Source of the DNA: Burkholderiales bacterium
Lineage (GTDB): Bacteria; Pseudomonadota; Gammaproteobacteria; Burkholderiales; SG8-39
Assembly: GCA_035702665.1 (NCBI GenBank)
Contig: DASSQD010000035.1
Location: 17,719 to 81,718 of the forward strand
Length of the DNA: 64,000 nt
Reading direction: 5' to 3'
The position numbers were made by a program, and so were the translations under genes. The notes under the pieces are model-generated. The model searched no databases and was not told where the DNA came from. It saw only the letters and a program-made list of their open reading frames with translations. This document shows positions 16,733-25,158 of the stretch, in pieces (within the stretch, counting starts at the first letter, position 1; each line of letters starts with the position of its first letter).

Positions 16733-18481
16733 ATGGGAACAGTCGAGCCGCAAGTCGCGTCCGGTCCCGACGCGCAAGCACAGCAGGTGACCGACGGCTT
16801 CAACCTGGTCATCGATGCCCTGAAGCTCAACGGCATCGACACGATCTACGGGCTGCCCGGCATTCCGATCACCGACCTCACCCGCCGCGCGCAGGCAGCG
16901 GGCCTGCGCGTGCTTTCCTTCCGTCACGAGCAGAACGCCGGCTATGCCGCGTCGATCGCAGGTTTCCTGACGCAGAAGCCCGGCATCTGCCTGACCGTAT
17001 CGGCGCCGGGCTTCCTCAACGGACTCAACGCGCTCGCGCACGCGACCGTCAACTGCTTTCCGATGATCCTGATCAGCGGCTCGAGCGAGCGGGAAATCGT
17101 CGACCTCCAGCAGGGCGACTACGAGGAGATGGATCAGCTCGCGATCGCCAAGCCGGTCGCCAAGGCGGCCTTCCGCGTGCTGCACGCCGAGGATATCGGC
17201 GTCGGCGTCGCGCGCGCCATCCGCGCCGCTGTCTCCGGCCGCCCGGGCGGCGTCTACCTCGACATGCCCGCGAAGCTCTTTGCGGAGAGCATCGACGCCG
17301 CGGCGGGGAAGAATTCGCTGATCAAGGTCGTCGACGCCGCGCCGCGCCAGATACCCGCGCCGGAGGCGGTCAAGCGTGCGCTCGACCTGCTGAAGGGCGC
17401 GAAGAAGCCGCTCATCATCCTCGGCAAGGGCGCGGCGTATGCGCAGGCCGATGCCGACATCAAGTCCCTGGTGGAGAAGTCCGGGATTCCCTACTTGCCG
17501 ATGTCGATGGCCAAGGGGCTGCTGCCCGACACGCACGAGCTATGCGCCTCCGCCGCCCGCTCCTTCGTGCTGCCCGGCGCCGACGTGGTGATGCTGATCG
17601 GCGCGCGCCTCAACTGGCTGCTCTCGCACGGCAAGGGCAAGACCTGGGGCGGCAAGGGGTCCAAGGACTGGGGTGGCCAGAAGTTCATCCAGATCGACAT
17701 CTCGCCTCAGGAAGCGGACAGCAACGTGCGCATCGACGCGCCACTGGTCGGCGATATTGGGTCCTGCGTATCCGCGCTGCTTGCGGGCGTCGGATCGCTG
17801 CCCAGGCCGCCGGCCGAGTGGCTGAACGCGGTACATGAGAAGAAGACGACCAACGTCGCCAAGATGGCCGAGACGCTGTCGAAGAATCCCTCGCCGATGA
17901 ATTTCCACAGCGCGCTGAACGTGGTGCGCGATGTCGTCAAGGCCAACCCGGACGCGATGCTCGTCAACGAGGGCGCGAATGCCCTCGACTTCACGCGCTC
18001 GATCGTCGACATGTACAAGCCGAGAAAGCGCATCGATGTCGGCACCTGGGGCATCATGGGCGTCGGCATGGGCTACTGCGTCGCAGCGGCCGTAGTCACC
18101 CAGCAGCAGGTGATCGCGATCGAGGGCGACAGCGCCTTCGGCTTCTCCGGCATGGAAGTCGAGACGATCTGCCGCTACAACCTGCCGGTGTGCATCGTGA
18201 TCATGAACAACAACGGCGTCTACAAGGGCACCGACGTCGATCCGAACGGCCGCGATCCGGCGCCGACCGTGTTCGTCAAGGGCGCGCGCTACGACAAGCT
18301 GATCGAGGCTTTCGGCGGCGCCGGGGTGAACGCCACGACCCCCGCCGAGCTGAGGAAGGCGATGGAAGACGCGATCCGCTCGAAGAAGCCCACGCTCATC
18401 AACGCCGTCATCGACGAGACCGCGGGCACCGAGAGCGGTCGCATCACAAGCCTGAACCCGAACGCCGGAAAGAAGAAGTAA
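16733..18481 (+). CDS. oxc: Oxalyl-CoA decarboxylase (ThDP-dependent)
   Basis: About 582 aa. [28 protein letters not shown] at the N-terminus, ThDP motif [31 protein letters not shown], adjacent to frc. AAGGAG RBS. Confidence 0.9.
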   Translation: MGTVEPQVASGPDAQAQQVTDGFNLVIDALKLNGIDTIYGLPGIPITDLTRRAQAAGLRVLSFRHEQNAGYAASIAGFLTQKPGICLTVSAPGFLNGLNALAHATVNCFPMILISGSSEREIVDLQQGDYEEMDQLAIAKPVAKAAFRVLHAEDIGVGVARAIRAAVSGRPGGVYLDMPAKLFAESIDAAAGKNSLIKVVDAAPRQIPAPEAVKRALDLLKGAKKPLIILGKGAAYAQADADIKSLVEKSGIPYLPMSMAKGLLPDTHELCASAARSFVLPGADVVMLIGARLNWLLSHGKGKTWGGKGSKDWGGQKFIQIDISPQEADSNVRIDAPLVGDIGSCVSALLAGVGSLPRPPAEWLNAVHEKKTTNVAKMAETLSKNPSPMNFHSALNVVRDVVKANPDAMLVNEGANALDFTRSIVDMYKPRKRIDVGTWGIMGVGMGYCVAAAVVTQQQVIAIEGDSAFGFSGMEVETICRYNLPVCIVIMNNNGVYKGTDVDPNGRDPAPTVFVKGARYDKLIEAFGGAGVNATTPAELRKAMEDAIRSKKPTLINAVIDETAGTESGRITSLNPNAGKKK

Positions 18482-18484
18482 GCC

Positions 18485-19756
18485 ATGCAAGCCCTCAAGG
18501 GAGTCCGCATCCTCGACATGACGCACGTCCAGGCGGGCCCGACCTGCTCGCAGTTGCTCGCCTGGATGGGCGCCGACGTGATCAAGTTCGAGAACCCGCA
18601 GGGCGACGCGACGCGCGGCCAGCTGCGCGACGTGCCCAACGCCGACTCGCTGTACTTCACCATGCTCAACTGCAACAAGCGCTCCATCACGGTGAACATG
18701 AAGAGCGCCGAGGGCAAGACGGTGTTCGTCGATCTGCTGAGGAAATGCGACATCATCATGGAGAACTTCGGGCCCGGCGTGCTCGACCGCTTCGGCTTTT
18801 CCTGGGAGAAGATCCACGAGATCAACCCCAAGATCGTGATGGGCTCGATTAAGGGTTTCGGCTCCACCGGGCCGTACGCCGACTTCAAGGCCTACGAGAA
18901 CGTCGCGCAGGCGATGGGCGGCGCGATGAGCACCACCGGCGTGCCCGACGGGCCGCCGTTTGTCACCGGCGCGCAGATCGGCGACTCGGGGACAGGCCTG
19001 CATCTCGCGATCGGCCTGCTCGCCGCGCTGCGCCAGGCAGACAAGACCGGCCAGGGTCAGTACGTCGAAGTCGCGATGATGGACGGGGTGATGAACTTGT
19101 GCCGAGTCAAGTTCCGCGACCATCAGCGCCTGACGCGCGGGTCCCTCTCGGAATACTCGGTGCCGACCTACCAGAACATGGGCGATGTGCCGCGCGCCGG
19201 CAACGACTCGGGCGGCGGCCAGCTCGGCAACGCGGTCCATTGCAAGCCGCACGGAGCGAACGACTGGCTTTACGTGGTCGTGCAGGAAGCGGTGTGGGAA
19301 GACCTCGCGAAGCGCATCGGTCCGGACGTCGGCGTACCCGACCTCGCGACCGATCCGCGGGTGGCGACCATCGGCGAGCGCCGCAAGAACCAGAATCTCG
19401 TGTGGACGCTGCTCAACAAGTTCGCCGAGAAATACACCAAGCGCGAGCTGATGGCGATCCTCAACCCACTCGACGTGCCCTGCGGCCCGATCATGTCCAC
19501 CGAAGACCTGGCTACCGACGAGCACGTGCGCGGCCGCGACATGTGGGTCGAGCTCGATCATCCCAAACGGGGCAAGTGGTACAACGTCGGCATGCCGATC
19601 AAGCTCTCGGCCTCGCCCGCTGCGATCAAGCGCTCGCCCATGCTCGGGGAGCACACCGATGAGATCCTGAAGGAAGTCCTTGGGTACGACGACGCCAAGG
19701 TCGCCGGCCTCAAGCAGGCGGGCGCGTTCTCGATTCCTCCGAAGAAGGCGGCGTAG
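18485..19756 (+). CDS. frc: Formyl-CoA:oxalate CoA-transferase (family III CoA-transferase)
   Basis: [36 protein letters not shown]..., 423 aa, 3-nt gap after oxc. Confidence 0.9.
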   Translation: MQALKGVRILDMTHVQAGPTCSQLLAWMGADVIKFENPQGDATRGQLRDVPNADSLYFTMLNCNKRSITVNMKSAEGKTVFVDLLRKCDIIMENFGPGVLDRFGFSWEKIHEINPKIVMGSIKGFGSTGPYADFKAYENVAQAMGGAMSTTGVPDGPPFVTGAQIGDSGTGLHLAIGLLAALRQADKTGQGQYVEVAMMDGVMNLCRVKFRDHQRLTRGSLSEYSVPTYQNMGDVPRAGNDSGGGQLGNAVHCKPHGANDWLYVVVQEAVWEDLAKRIGPDVGVPDLATDPRVATIGERRKNQNLVWTLLNKFAEKYTKRELMAILNPLDVPCGPIMSTEDLATDEHVRGRDMWVELDHPKRGKWYNVGMPIKLSASPAAIKRSPMLGEHTDEILKEVLGYDDAKVAGLKQAGAFSIPPKKAA

Positions 19757-19758
19757 GA

Positions 19759-20691
19759 ATGAAAATAGCCATCATCGGCCAGCAGGACTTCGGCAAGGCG
19801 GTCCTCGACGCCTTTCTCGCGCGCGGCGACCAGGTCGCCGGCGTGTTCTGCGCCCCGGAGAAGGAAGGCGCCAAGGCCGACGTCCTCAAGGTGGCCGCGC
19901 AGGAAAAGGGCGTGAAGGTGTTCCAGTTCTCTTCGCTGCGGGACAAGCAGGCGCACGATACGATGCGTTCGCTCGGCGTGGACCTAGGGGTCATGGCCTA
20001 CGTGCTGCAATTCGCGCCGCAGGATTTCGTGAACATCCCGAAGAAGGGCACCCTCCAGTATCACCCGTCGCTCCTCCCCAAGTACCGCGGCCCGAGCTCG
20101 ATCAACTGGCCCATCATCCGCGGAGACACCAAGACCGGTTTGACCATCTTCCGTCCGAATGACGGACTCGACGAAGGTCCGGTGATCCTGCAGAAAGAGA
20201 CGCCGATCAGCGCCGACGACACCCTGGGTAGCGTATATTTCGACCGCCTCTTTCCCATGGGTGTGAAGGCGATGCTGGAAGCGGCGGACCTGGTGACGGC
20301 GGGCAAGCACAAGGAGACTGTCCAGGATGAGGCCCTCGCGAGCTACGAAGGCTGGTGCCGCGCCGCCGAGGCCAAGATCAACTGGGCGAACCACGTCGAT
20401 TTCACCTATAACCTCATCCGAGGCTGCAATCCGGCCCCGGGCGCATGGACCACGCTCGCCGGCAAGAAGGTCCAGATCTTCGACGCCCGCAAGCACCTGG
20501 TGCGCACGTTCGGCGCAGTAAAGGGCAAGATCGGCGAGATCTCGGAGATCGGCCCGCAGAGCTTCTTCGTAACCGCCCAGGGAGGTCGGATCGAGGTGCT
20601 CAAGGCGAAGCACGAAGACGGCAAGAAGGTCTCCGCTGCGGAATTCGTCTCGCAGAACGGCATTGCGTCGGGCGCTCTGCTCGGCGGCTAG
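19759..20691 (+). CDS. Formyltransferase-family protein (Fmt / 10-formyl-THF dehydrogenase N-terminal hydrolase-like, N- and C-terminal domains)
   Basis: 310 aa. QYHPSLLPKYRGPSSINWPIIRGDTKTGLTIFRPNDGLDEGPVILQ carries the formyltransferase His and Asp. The start lies 2 nt after the frc stop. Confidence 0.7.
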   Translation: MKIAIIGQQDFGKAVLDAFLARGDQVAGVFCAPEKEGAKADVLKVAAQEKGVKVFQFSSLRDKQAHDTMRSLGVDLGVMAYVLQFAPQDFVNIPKKGTLQYHPSLLPKYRGPSSINWPIIRGDTKTGLTIFRPNDGLDEGPVILQKETPISADDTLGSVYFDRLFPMGVKAMLEAADLVTAGKHKETVQDEALASYEGWCRAAEAKINWANHVDFTYNLIRGCNPAPGAWTTLAGKKVQIFDARKHLVRTFGAVKGKIGEISEIGPQSFFVTAQGGRIEVLKAKHEDGKKVSAAEFVSQNGIASGALLGG

Positions 20692-20937
20692 TCCTCTCCC
20701 CTAACCCCGTCGCGCCGCGGCGGACTCTCGGCAGGATTTGACGGGCCCAGCATTCACTGCAAGAATGCCGCCCAGGATTCTGTTTATTCAGGAACTTATC
20801 GCATCTTGGGAAAGCTCCGGCCGCAGACCCCGAGGTCGGGTCCGGCCGGAAACGGAGAAGGTGGGTAGCGTAGAATGCGAGTGCGAAACGGGGGCATTTC
20901 CCTCGCCAAACAATAATAAGAACAAGCGGGAGAGGCG

Positions 20938-23505
20938 ATGAGCAAAGCGGGCTTCTGGAAAAAGGACTGGTTCCTCGGTCTGGTGGTGTCGCTCGTGCTG
21001 TTGTTCGCCGGTGGCTCGCAGCTGATCCAGAGCCTGGAGCGCACGGCCTACGACTGGGGCGTCAGGGCGTCCTCGCGGATACCTTCCGACAAGGTCGCGA
21101 TCATCGCGATCGACAAGCAGAGCATCGACAACATCGGCCGCTGGCCCTGGTCGCGCGAGATTCACGCGAAGATGATCGAGCGACTCGCGGGCGTGAAGGC
21201 GAAGGTCATCGGCTACACGGTGTTCTTCTCGGAGCCGCAAATCGACCCGGGGTTCGCCTACGTCAACCGGCTTCTCGAGACCTACCACAAGATCGTTCCG
21301 GCCGACGCGAGCACGCCGCCCCGCGGCGTCTCCCCCGAAGTGCTGGAGATGGGCACTACGCTGCAGGAAGCGGAAAACGCGCTTAACACCGACCGGAAGC
21401 TGGCAGACAGCTTCGCCAAGGCGGGAAATGTGGTGCTGCCGATACTCTTCACCTTCGGCGAGCCACGCGGCAAGCCCGACAAGCCGCTTCCTGACTTTGT
21501 GCGGAAGAACGCGCTCGCCTTCCAGGGCAAGAGCGAGGACCTGCCGTTGCTCACGTCGGGGGTCGAGGTCCCCGTGGTCGAGAGCCTGGGCGCCGCGGCC
21601 GCGGCGGTGGGGCACCTGAACGCGGTTCCCGACGTCGACGGAGCGATTCGCACCGAGGCTTTGGCGATCACCTACTACGACGAGTTCTACCCGTCGCTCG
21701 CGGCGATGCTGGTGGCCAAGAGCCTCAACCTCACGGCCCAGGACATAAAGATTCGCCCGGGCGAGGCGCTGCAGATCGGGAATTTCAAGGTGAGCGCCGA
21801 TCCAACGATGCAGATGTACACGTACTTTTACAAGGACCGCGACGGCAGGCCCGCAATTCCGGAGGACTCGTTCTTCGACGTCGCGAGCGGCAAGATCCCG
21901 CTGGACAAGTACCGCGACAAGATCGTTCTTATCGGTCCGACCGCGGCCGGCGTCGGCAGTGTCTTCGTGACGCCGGTGAATCCGGCGATGTCGTCGGTCG
22001 AGCTCCTCGCCCACACGGTTTCCTCGCTGCTGCAAGGGCATTTCTTCGTCGCGCCCACCTGGGGCTGGATCGTCGAGAGGCTGGTGTTCCTGGTGGTCGC
22101 CGCGTACCTGATCGCGCTGCTTCCGCGTCTGTCCGCGGGCTTGGGCGCCGGTATCACTGCCGGCATCGTCGCATTGCTGCTCGCAACCCACTTCGTGCTC
22201 ATGACGGGTCAGGGGATGTGGCTGCAGCTCATGCTGCCGCTCACGCTCCTCGTCGTGGGGCACGTGCTGCTCGTGACCAAGCGCTTCATGGTCACGGAAC
22301 GCGGCAAGGAAGTGTCCGATGCACAATCGGCCGCGAACGCGCGCATGCTCGGCCTGGCGTTCCAGGGTCAGGGCCAGCTCGACATGGCCTTCGACTATTT
22401 CCGCAAGGTCCCGCTCGACGACACCGTGATGGACAACCTCTACAACCTCGCGCTGGACTTCGAGCGCAAGCGCCAGTTCAACAAGGCCGAGGCGGTGTTC
22501 AGCTACATGGCCGGGTACAACCCCAAATTCCGAGACCTCGAATCCAAGCTCTCCCGCGCCAAGCAGATGTCGGAGACAGTCATTCTCGGTGGGGCGACGA
22601 CCCACCCGGGCGGCACGCTGGCGCTGGGCGGAGGGACGGAAAAGCCGATGCTCGGGCGCTACCAGGTCGAGAAAGAGCTAGGCAAGGGCGCCATGGGTGT
22701 CGTATACCTGGGTAAGGACCCGAAGATCGGCCGGGTCGTCGCTATCAAGACGATGGCGCTGTCGCAGGAATTCGAGGCGGACGAGTTGGCCGAGGTAAAG
22801 GAGCGGTTCTTCCGGGAGGCGGAGACGGCGGGGCGCTTGAGCCACCCGAACATCGTGACGATCTTCGATGCCGGCGAAGAGCACGACCTGTGCTACATCG
22901 CGATGGAGCTTCTGAAGGGAAAGGACCTGATTCCCTATACCAAGGCCGGCAGCACCCTCCCGCTGGAGAAGGTCGTATCGATTGTCGCGCGGGTCGCCGA
23001 TGCGCTGGGGTACGCGCACAAGCACAACGTGGTGCACCGGGACGTCAAGCCGGCGAACGTCATGTACGAGCTGGAGAACGACGTGGTCAAGGTGACCGAT
23101 TTCGGCATTGCCAGGATCACCGACTCCTCCAGGACGAAGACCGGTATGGTGCTGGGCACGCCGTCCTACATGTCACCCGAGCAGCTGCAGGGAAAGAAGA
23201 TCGACGGTCGCAGCGACCTGTTCTCGCTCGCGGTCAGCTTGTACCAGTTGGCCTGCGGCGAGCTGCCCTTCAAGGGAGAATCGATGGCGCAGCTCATGTA
23301 CAAGATCGCGAACGAGGACGCCCCTGATATCCTGAAGTACAACACCACGCTTCCCCCGGCGTTCGTCGCGTTTCTGGACAAGGCCATGTCGAAGGAGGCC
23401 GATCAGCGCTTCCAGACCGGCGAGGAGTTCGCCTCTGCGTTACGGGCTGCCGTTGGCGGTACGGGTGCCGCTGCGGCGGGCACCGGGGTCGACATCACCC
23501 TCTGA
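20938..23505 (+). CDS. CHASE2 sensor / TM / TPR-like / Hanks-type Ser/Thr protein kinase
   Basis: 855 aa. The N-terminus has TM1 then IAIDKQSIDNIGRWPWSR (CHASE2), and three TM segments at about residues 380-450. The C-terminal kinase carries GKGAMGVVYLG, VAIKTM, HRDVKPANV, DFGIAR and GTPSYMSPE. Confidence 0.85.
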   Translation: MSKAGFWKKDWFLGLVVSLVLLFAGGSQLIQSLERTAYDWGVRASSRIPSDKVAIIAIDKQSIDNIGRWPWSREIHAKMIERLAGVKAKVIGYTVFFSEPQIDPGFAYVNRLLETYHKIVPADASTPPRGVSPEVLEMGTTLQEAENALNTDRKLADSFAKAGNVVLPILFTFGEPRGKPDKPLPDFVRKNALAFQGKSEDLPLLTSGVEVPVVESLGAAAAAVGHLNAVPDVDGAIRTEALAITYYDEFYPSLAAMLVAKSLNLTAQDIKIRPGEALQIGNFKVSADPTMQMYTYFYKDRDGRPAIPEDSFFDVASGKIPLDKYRDKIVLIGPTAAGVGSVFVTPVNPAMSSVELLAHTVSSLLQGHFFVAPTWGWIVERLVFLVVAAYLIALLPRLSAGLGAGITAGIVALLLATHFVLMTGQGMWLQLMLPLTLLVVGHVLLVTKRFMVTERGKEVSDAQSAANARMLGLAFQGQGQLDMAFDYFRKVPLDDTVMDNLYNLALDFERKRQFNKAEAVFSYMAGYNPKFRDLESKLSRAKQMSETVILGGATTHPGGTLALGGGTEKPMLGRYQVEKELGKGAMGVVYLGKDPKIGRVVAIKTMALSQEFEADELAEVKERFFREAETAGRLSHPNIVTIFDAGEEHDLCYIAMELLKGKDLIPYTKAGSTLPLEKVVSIVARVADALGYAHKHNVVHRDVKPANVMYELENDVVKVTDFGIARITDSSRTKTGMVLGTPSYMSPEQLQGKKIDGRSDLFSLAVSLYQLACGELPFKGESMAQLMYKIANEDAPDILKYNTTLPPAFVAFLDKAMSKEADQRFQTGEEFASALRAAVGGTGAAAAGTGVDITL

Positions 23506-23520
23506 ATCGGGCCGAGCGCC

Positions 23521-24345
23521 ATGAGCCTGTCGGGAGCACTGGAGATCGCGAGCTGTACGGATCCCGGGATGGTGCGGGCTCACAACGAGGACTCGATCGC
23601 CTCCGACGGGGAAAAGGGACTGGTGGTCCTCGCCGACGGAATGGGGGGCTACAACGCGGGGGAGGTGGCGAGCGGCATGGCGACGACGGTGATCATCACC
23701 GAGTTGCAGCACTTGCTCGACAAGAGGACCCCGTACGAAACCGACGCGGCGAGCGGCCAGGTGATCGCGCACCAGCTGCTTCACGAGCAGATCGCCAAGG
23801 CGAACACCTCGATCTATCAGGCAGCGCAGAGCCAGCCTCAGTACGCCGGCATGGGGACGACACTGGTCGTCGCCCTGTTCTACGACAACAAGATGACGGT
23901 GGCGCATATCGGCGATTCACGCCTCTATCGCATGAGAGGCGACGAGCTGAAGCAGATCACCAAGGACCACTCCCTGCTGCAGGAGCAAATCGACAGCGGG
24001 GTGATCACCCCTCAGCAGGCCAAGCAATCGCAGAACAAGAACCTGGTCACGCGCGCTCTGGGCATCGATCCGATCGTCGAGCCCGAGATCCACGATCACG
24101 AGACGCAGCCGGGAGACATCTATCTGCTCTGCTCGGACGGCCTTTGTGATATGGTTGGCGACGAGGACATCGGCCTGGCGCTGCAAACACTGAGCTCCAA
24201 CTTGAAGCTGTGCGCACAGCATCTGGTGCAGACGGCGAACGACAACGGGGGCCGGGACAATATTTCGGTAATACTCGTTCGGGTGCTGCGGGACTTCCCC
24301 GCTTCGCGCGGCATCGTTGGCAAGCTGATGAGCTGGTTTAGATAG
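23521..24345 (+). CDS. PP2C-family Ser/Thr protein phosphatase
   Basis: 274 aa with RAHNEDS, LADGMGG, GTTLVV and SDGL..., NGGRDNISV motifs. Confidence 0.85.
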   Translation: MSLSGALEIASCTDPGMVRAHNEDSIASDGEKGLVVLADGMGGYNAGEVASGMATTVIITELQHLLDKRTPYETDAASGQVIAHQLLHEQIAKANTSIYQAAQSQPQYAGMGTTLVVALFYDNKMTVAHIGDSRLYRMRGDELKQITKDHSLLQEQIDSGVITPQQAKQSQNKNLVTRALGIDPIVEPEIHDHETQPGDIYLLCSDGLCDMVGDEDIGLALQTLSSNLKLCAQHLVQTANDNGGRDNISVILVRVLRDFPASRGIVGKLMSWFR

Positions 24346-24365
24346 TTGAGCAGAGGGATACTGCT

Positions 24366-25124
24366 ATGGCGAAGCTGATACTGAGCATGGACGGCCTGGT
24401 TCTGAAGGAAATCAACTTGACCAAGGAACGTACCACCATCGGCCGCAAGCCGCATAACGACATCCAGATCGACAATCTCGCGGTGAGCGGGGAGCACGCC
24501 GTGATTGTCACCATCCTGCAGGATTCGTTTCTCGAGGACCTCGGCAGCACGAACGGAACGGTCGTGAACGGACAATCGATCAAGAAGCACTTCCTGCAGA
24601 ACAACGACATCATCGAGCTAGGCAAGTACAAACTCAAGTACGTCAACGAGACGCCCGCGGGCATGGCGAAAGCCGCCGATTTCGAGAAAACCATGGTTCT
24701 GCGCCCCGGCGCGACTAGGCCAGCGGCATCCGCTGCTCCCGCCGCGCCGGTAGCCGCGGCCGCACCGGCACCCGCGGCGGCGAAGGCTGGCGACACCGTC
24801 CAGGGGCCTGCCACGACCATGCCACCGGCGGCTGCCAAGCCGGCGACGAGCGCCCCGCAGAAATCGGCGGCCCTGCAACTCCTTTCCGGGGCGAACGCCG
24901 GCAAGGAGCTCGATCTCACCAAGCCGCTCACGACGCTCGGCAAGCCTGGCGTGCAGGTCGCCGTCATCACGCGCAGGCCCCAGGGGTTCTTCATCACGCA
25001 TGTCGAGGGGGCCAGCTTTCCGGTGGTGAACGGCAAGCCGCTCGACGCCCAGGCGCACGCGTTGAACGATCACGACGTGATCGAGCTGGCCGGAGTCAAG
25101 ATGGAATTCTTCCTGAAGGCGTGA
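24366..25124 (+). CDS. FHA-domain protein (canonical N-terminal FHA, Ala/Pro-rich linker, degenerate C-terminal FHA-like domain)
   Basis: N-terminal TIGRKPHNDIQIDNLAVSGEHAVI...STNGTVVNG carries the G-R / S-x-x-H / N-G signature. The C-terminal domain (TTLGKPGVQVAVI...ITHVEG...VNGK) lacks the Arg and Ser. Confidence 0.8.
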   Translation: MAKLILSMDGLVLKEINLTKERTTIGRKPHNDIQIDNLAVSGEHAVIVTILQDSFLEDLGSTNGTVVNGQSIKKHFLQNNDIIELGKYKLKYVNETPAGMAKAADFEKTMVLRPGATRPAASAAPAAPVAAAAPAPAAAKAGDTVQGPATTMPPAAAKPATSAPQKSAALQLLSGANAGKELDLTKPLTTLGKPGVQVAVITRRPQGFFITHVEGASFPVVNGKPLDAQAHALNDHDVIELAGVKMEFFLKA

Positions 25125-25158
25125 GCCCGGGGCCCGACGTCCGCCGCGGGGAGGGAGC

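Noticed and set aside
17540-19654. 704-aa ORF antisense to oxc and frc
   Set aside because: Same shadow-frame artefact. It spans two unambiguous sense-strand enzymes and has no domain-like sequence.
20738-20941. 67-aa ORF in the 246-bp spacer before the kinase gene, plus nested GC hairpins around 20815-20850
   Set aside because: The ORF has no RBS and an odd composition, and it overlaps the likely promoter/5'UTR. The hairpin lacks a U-tract and lies upstream of a gene start, so there is no supportable call.
24690-24870. Apparent repeat (GCC/GCG/CCG-rich) inside the FHA gene
   Set aside because: It encodes an Ala/Pro-rich low-complexity linker (PAASAAPAAPVAAAAPAPAAAKAG...). It is not a tandem DNA repeat with a defined unit.
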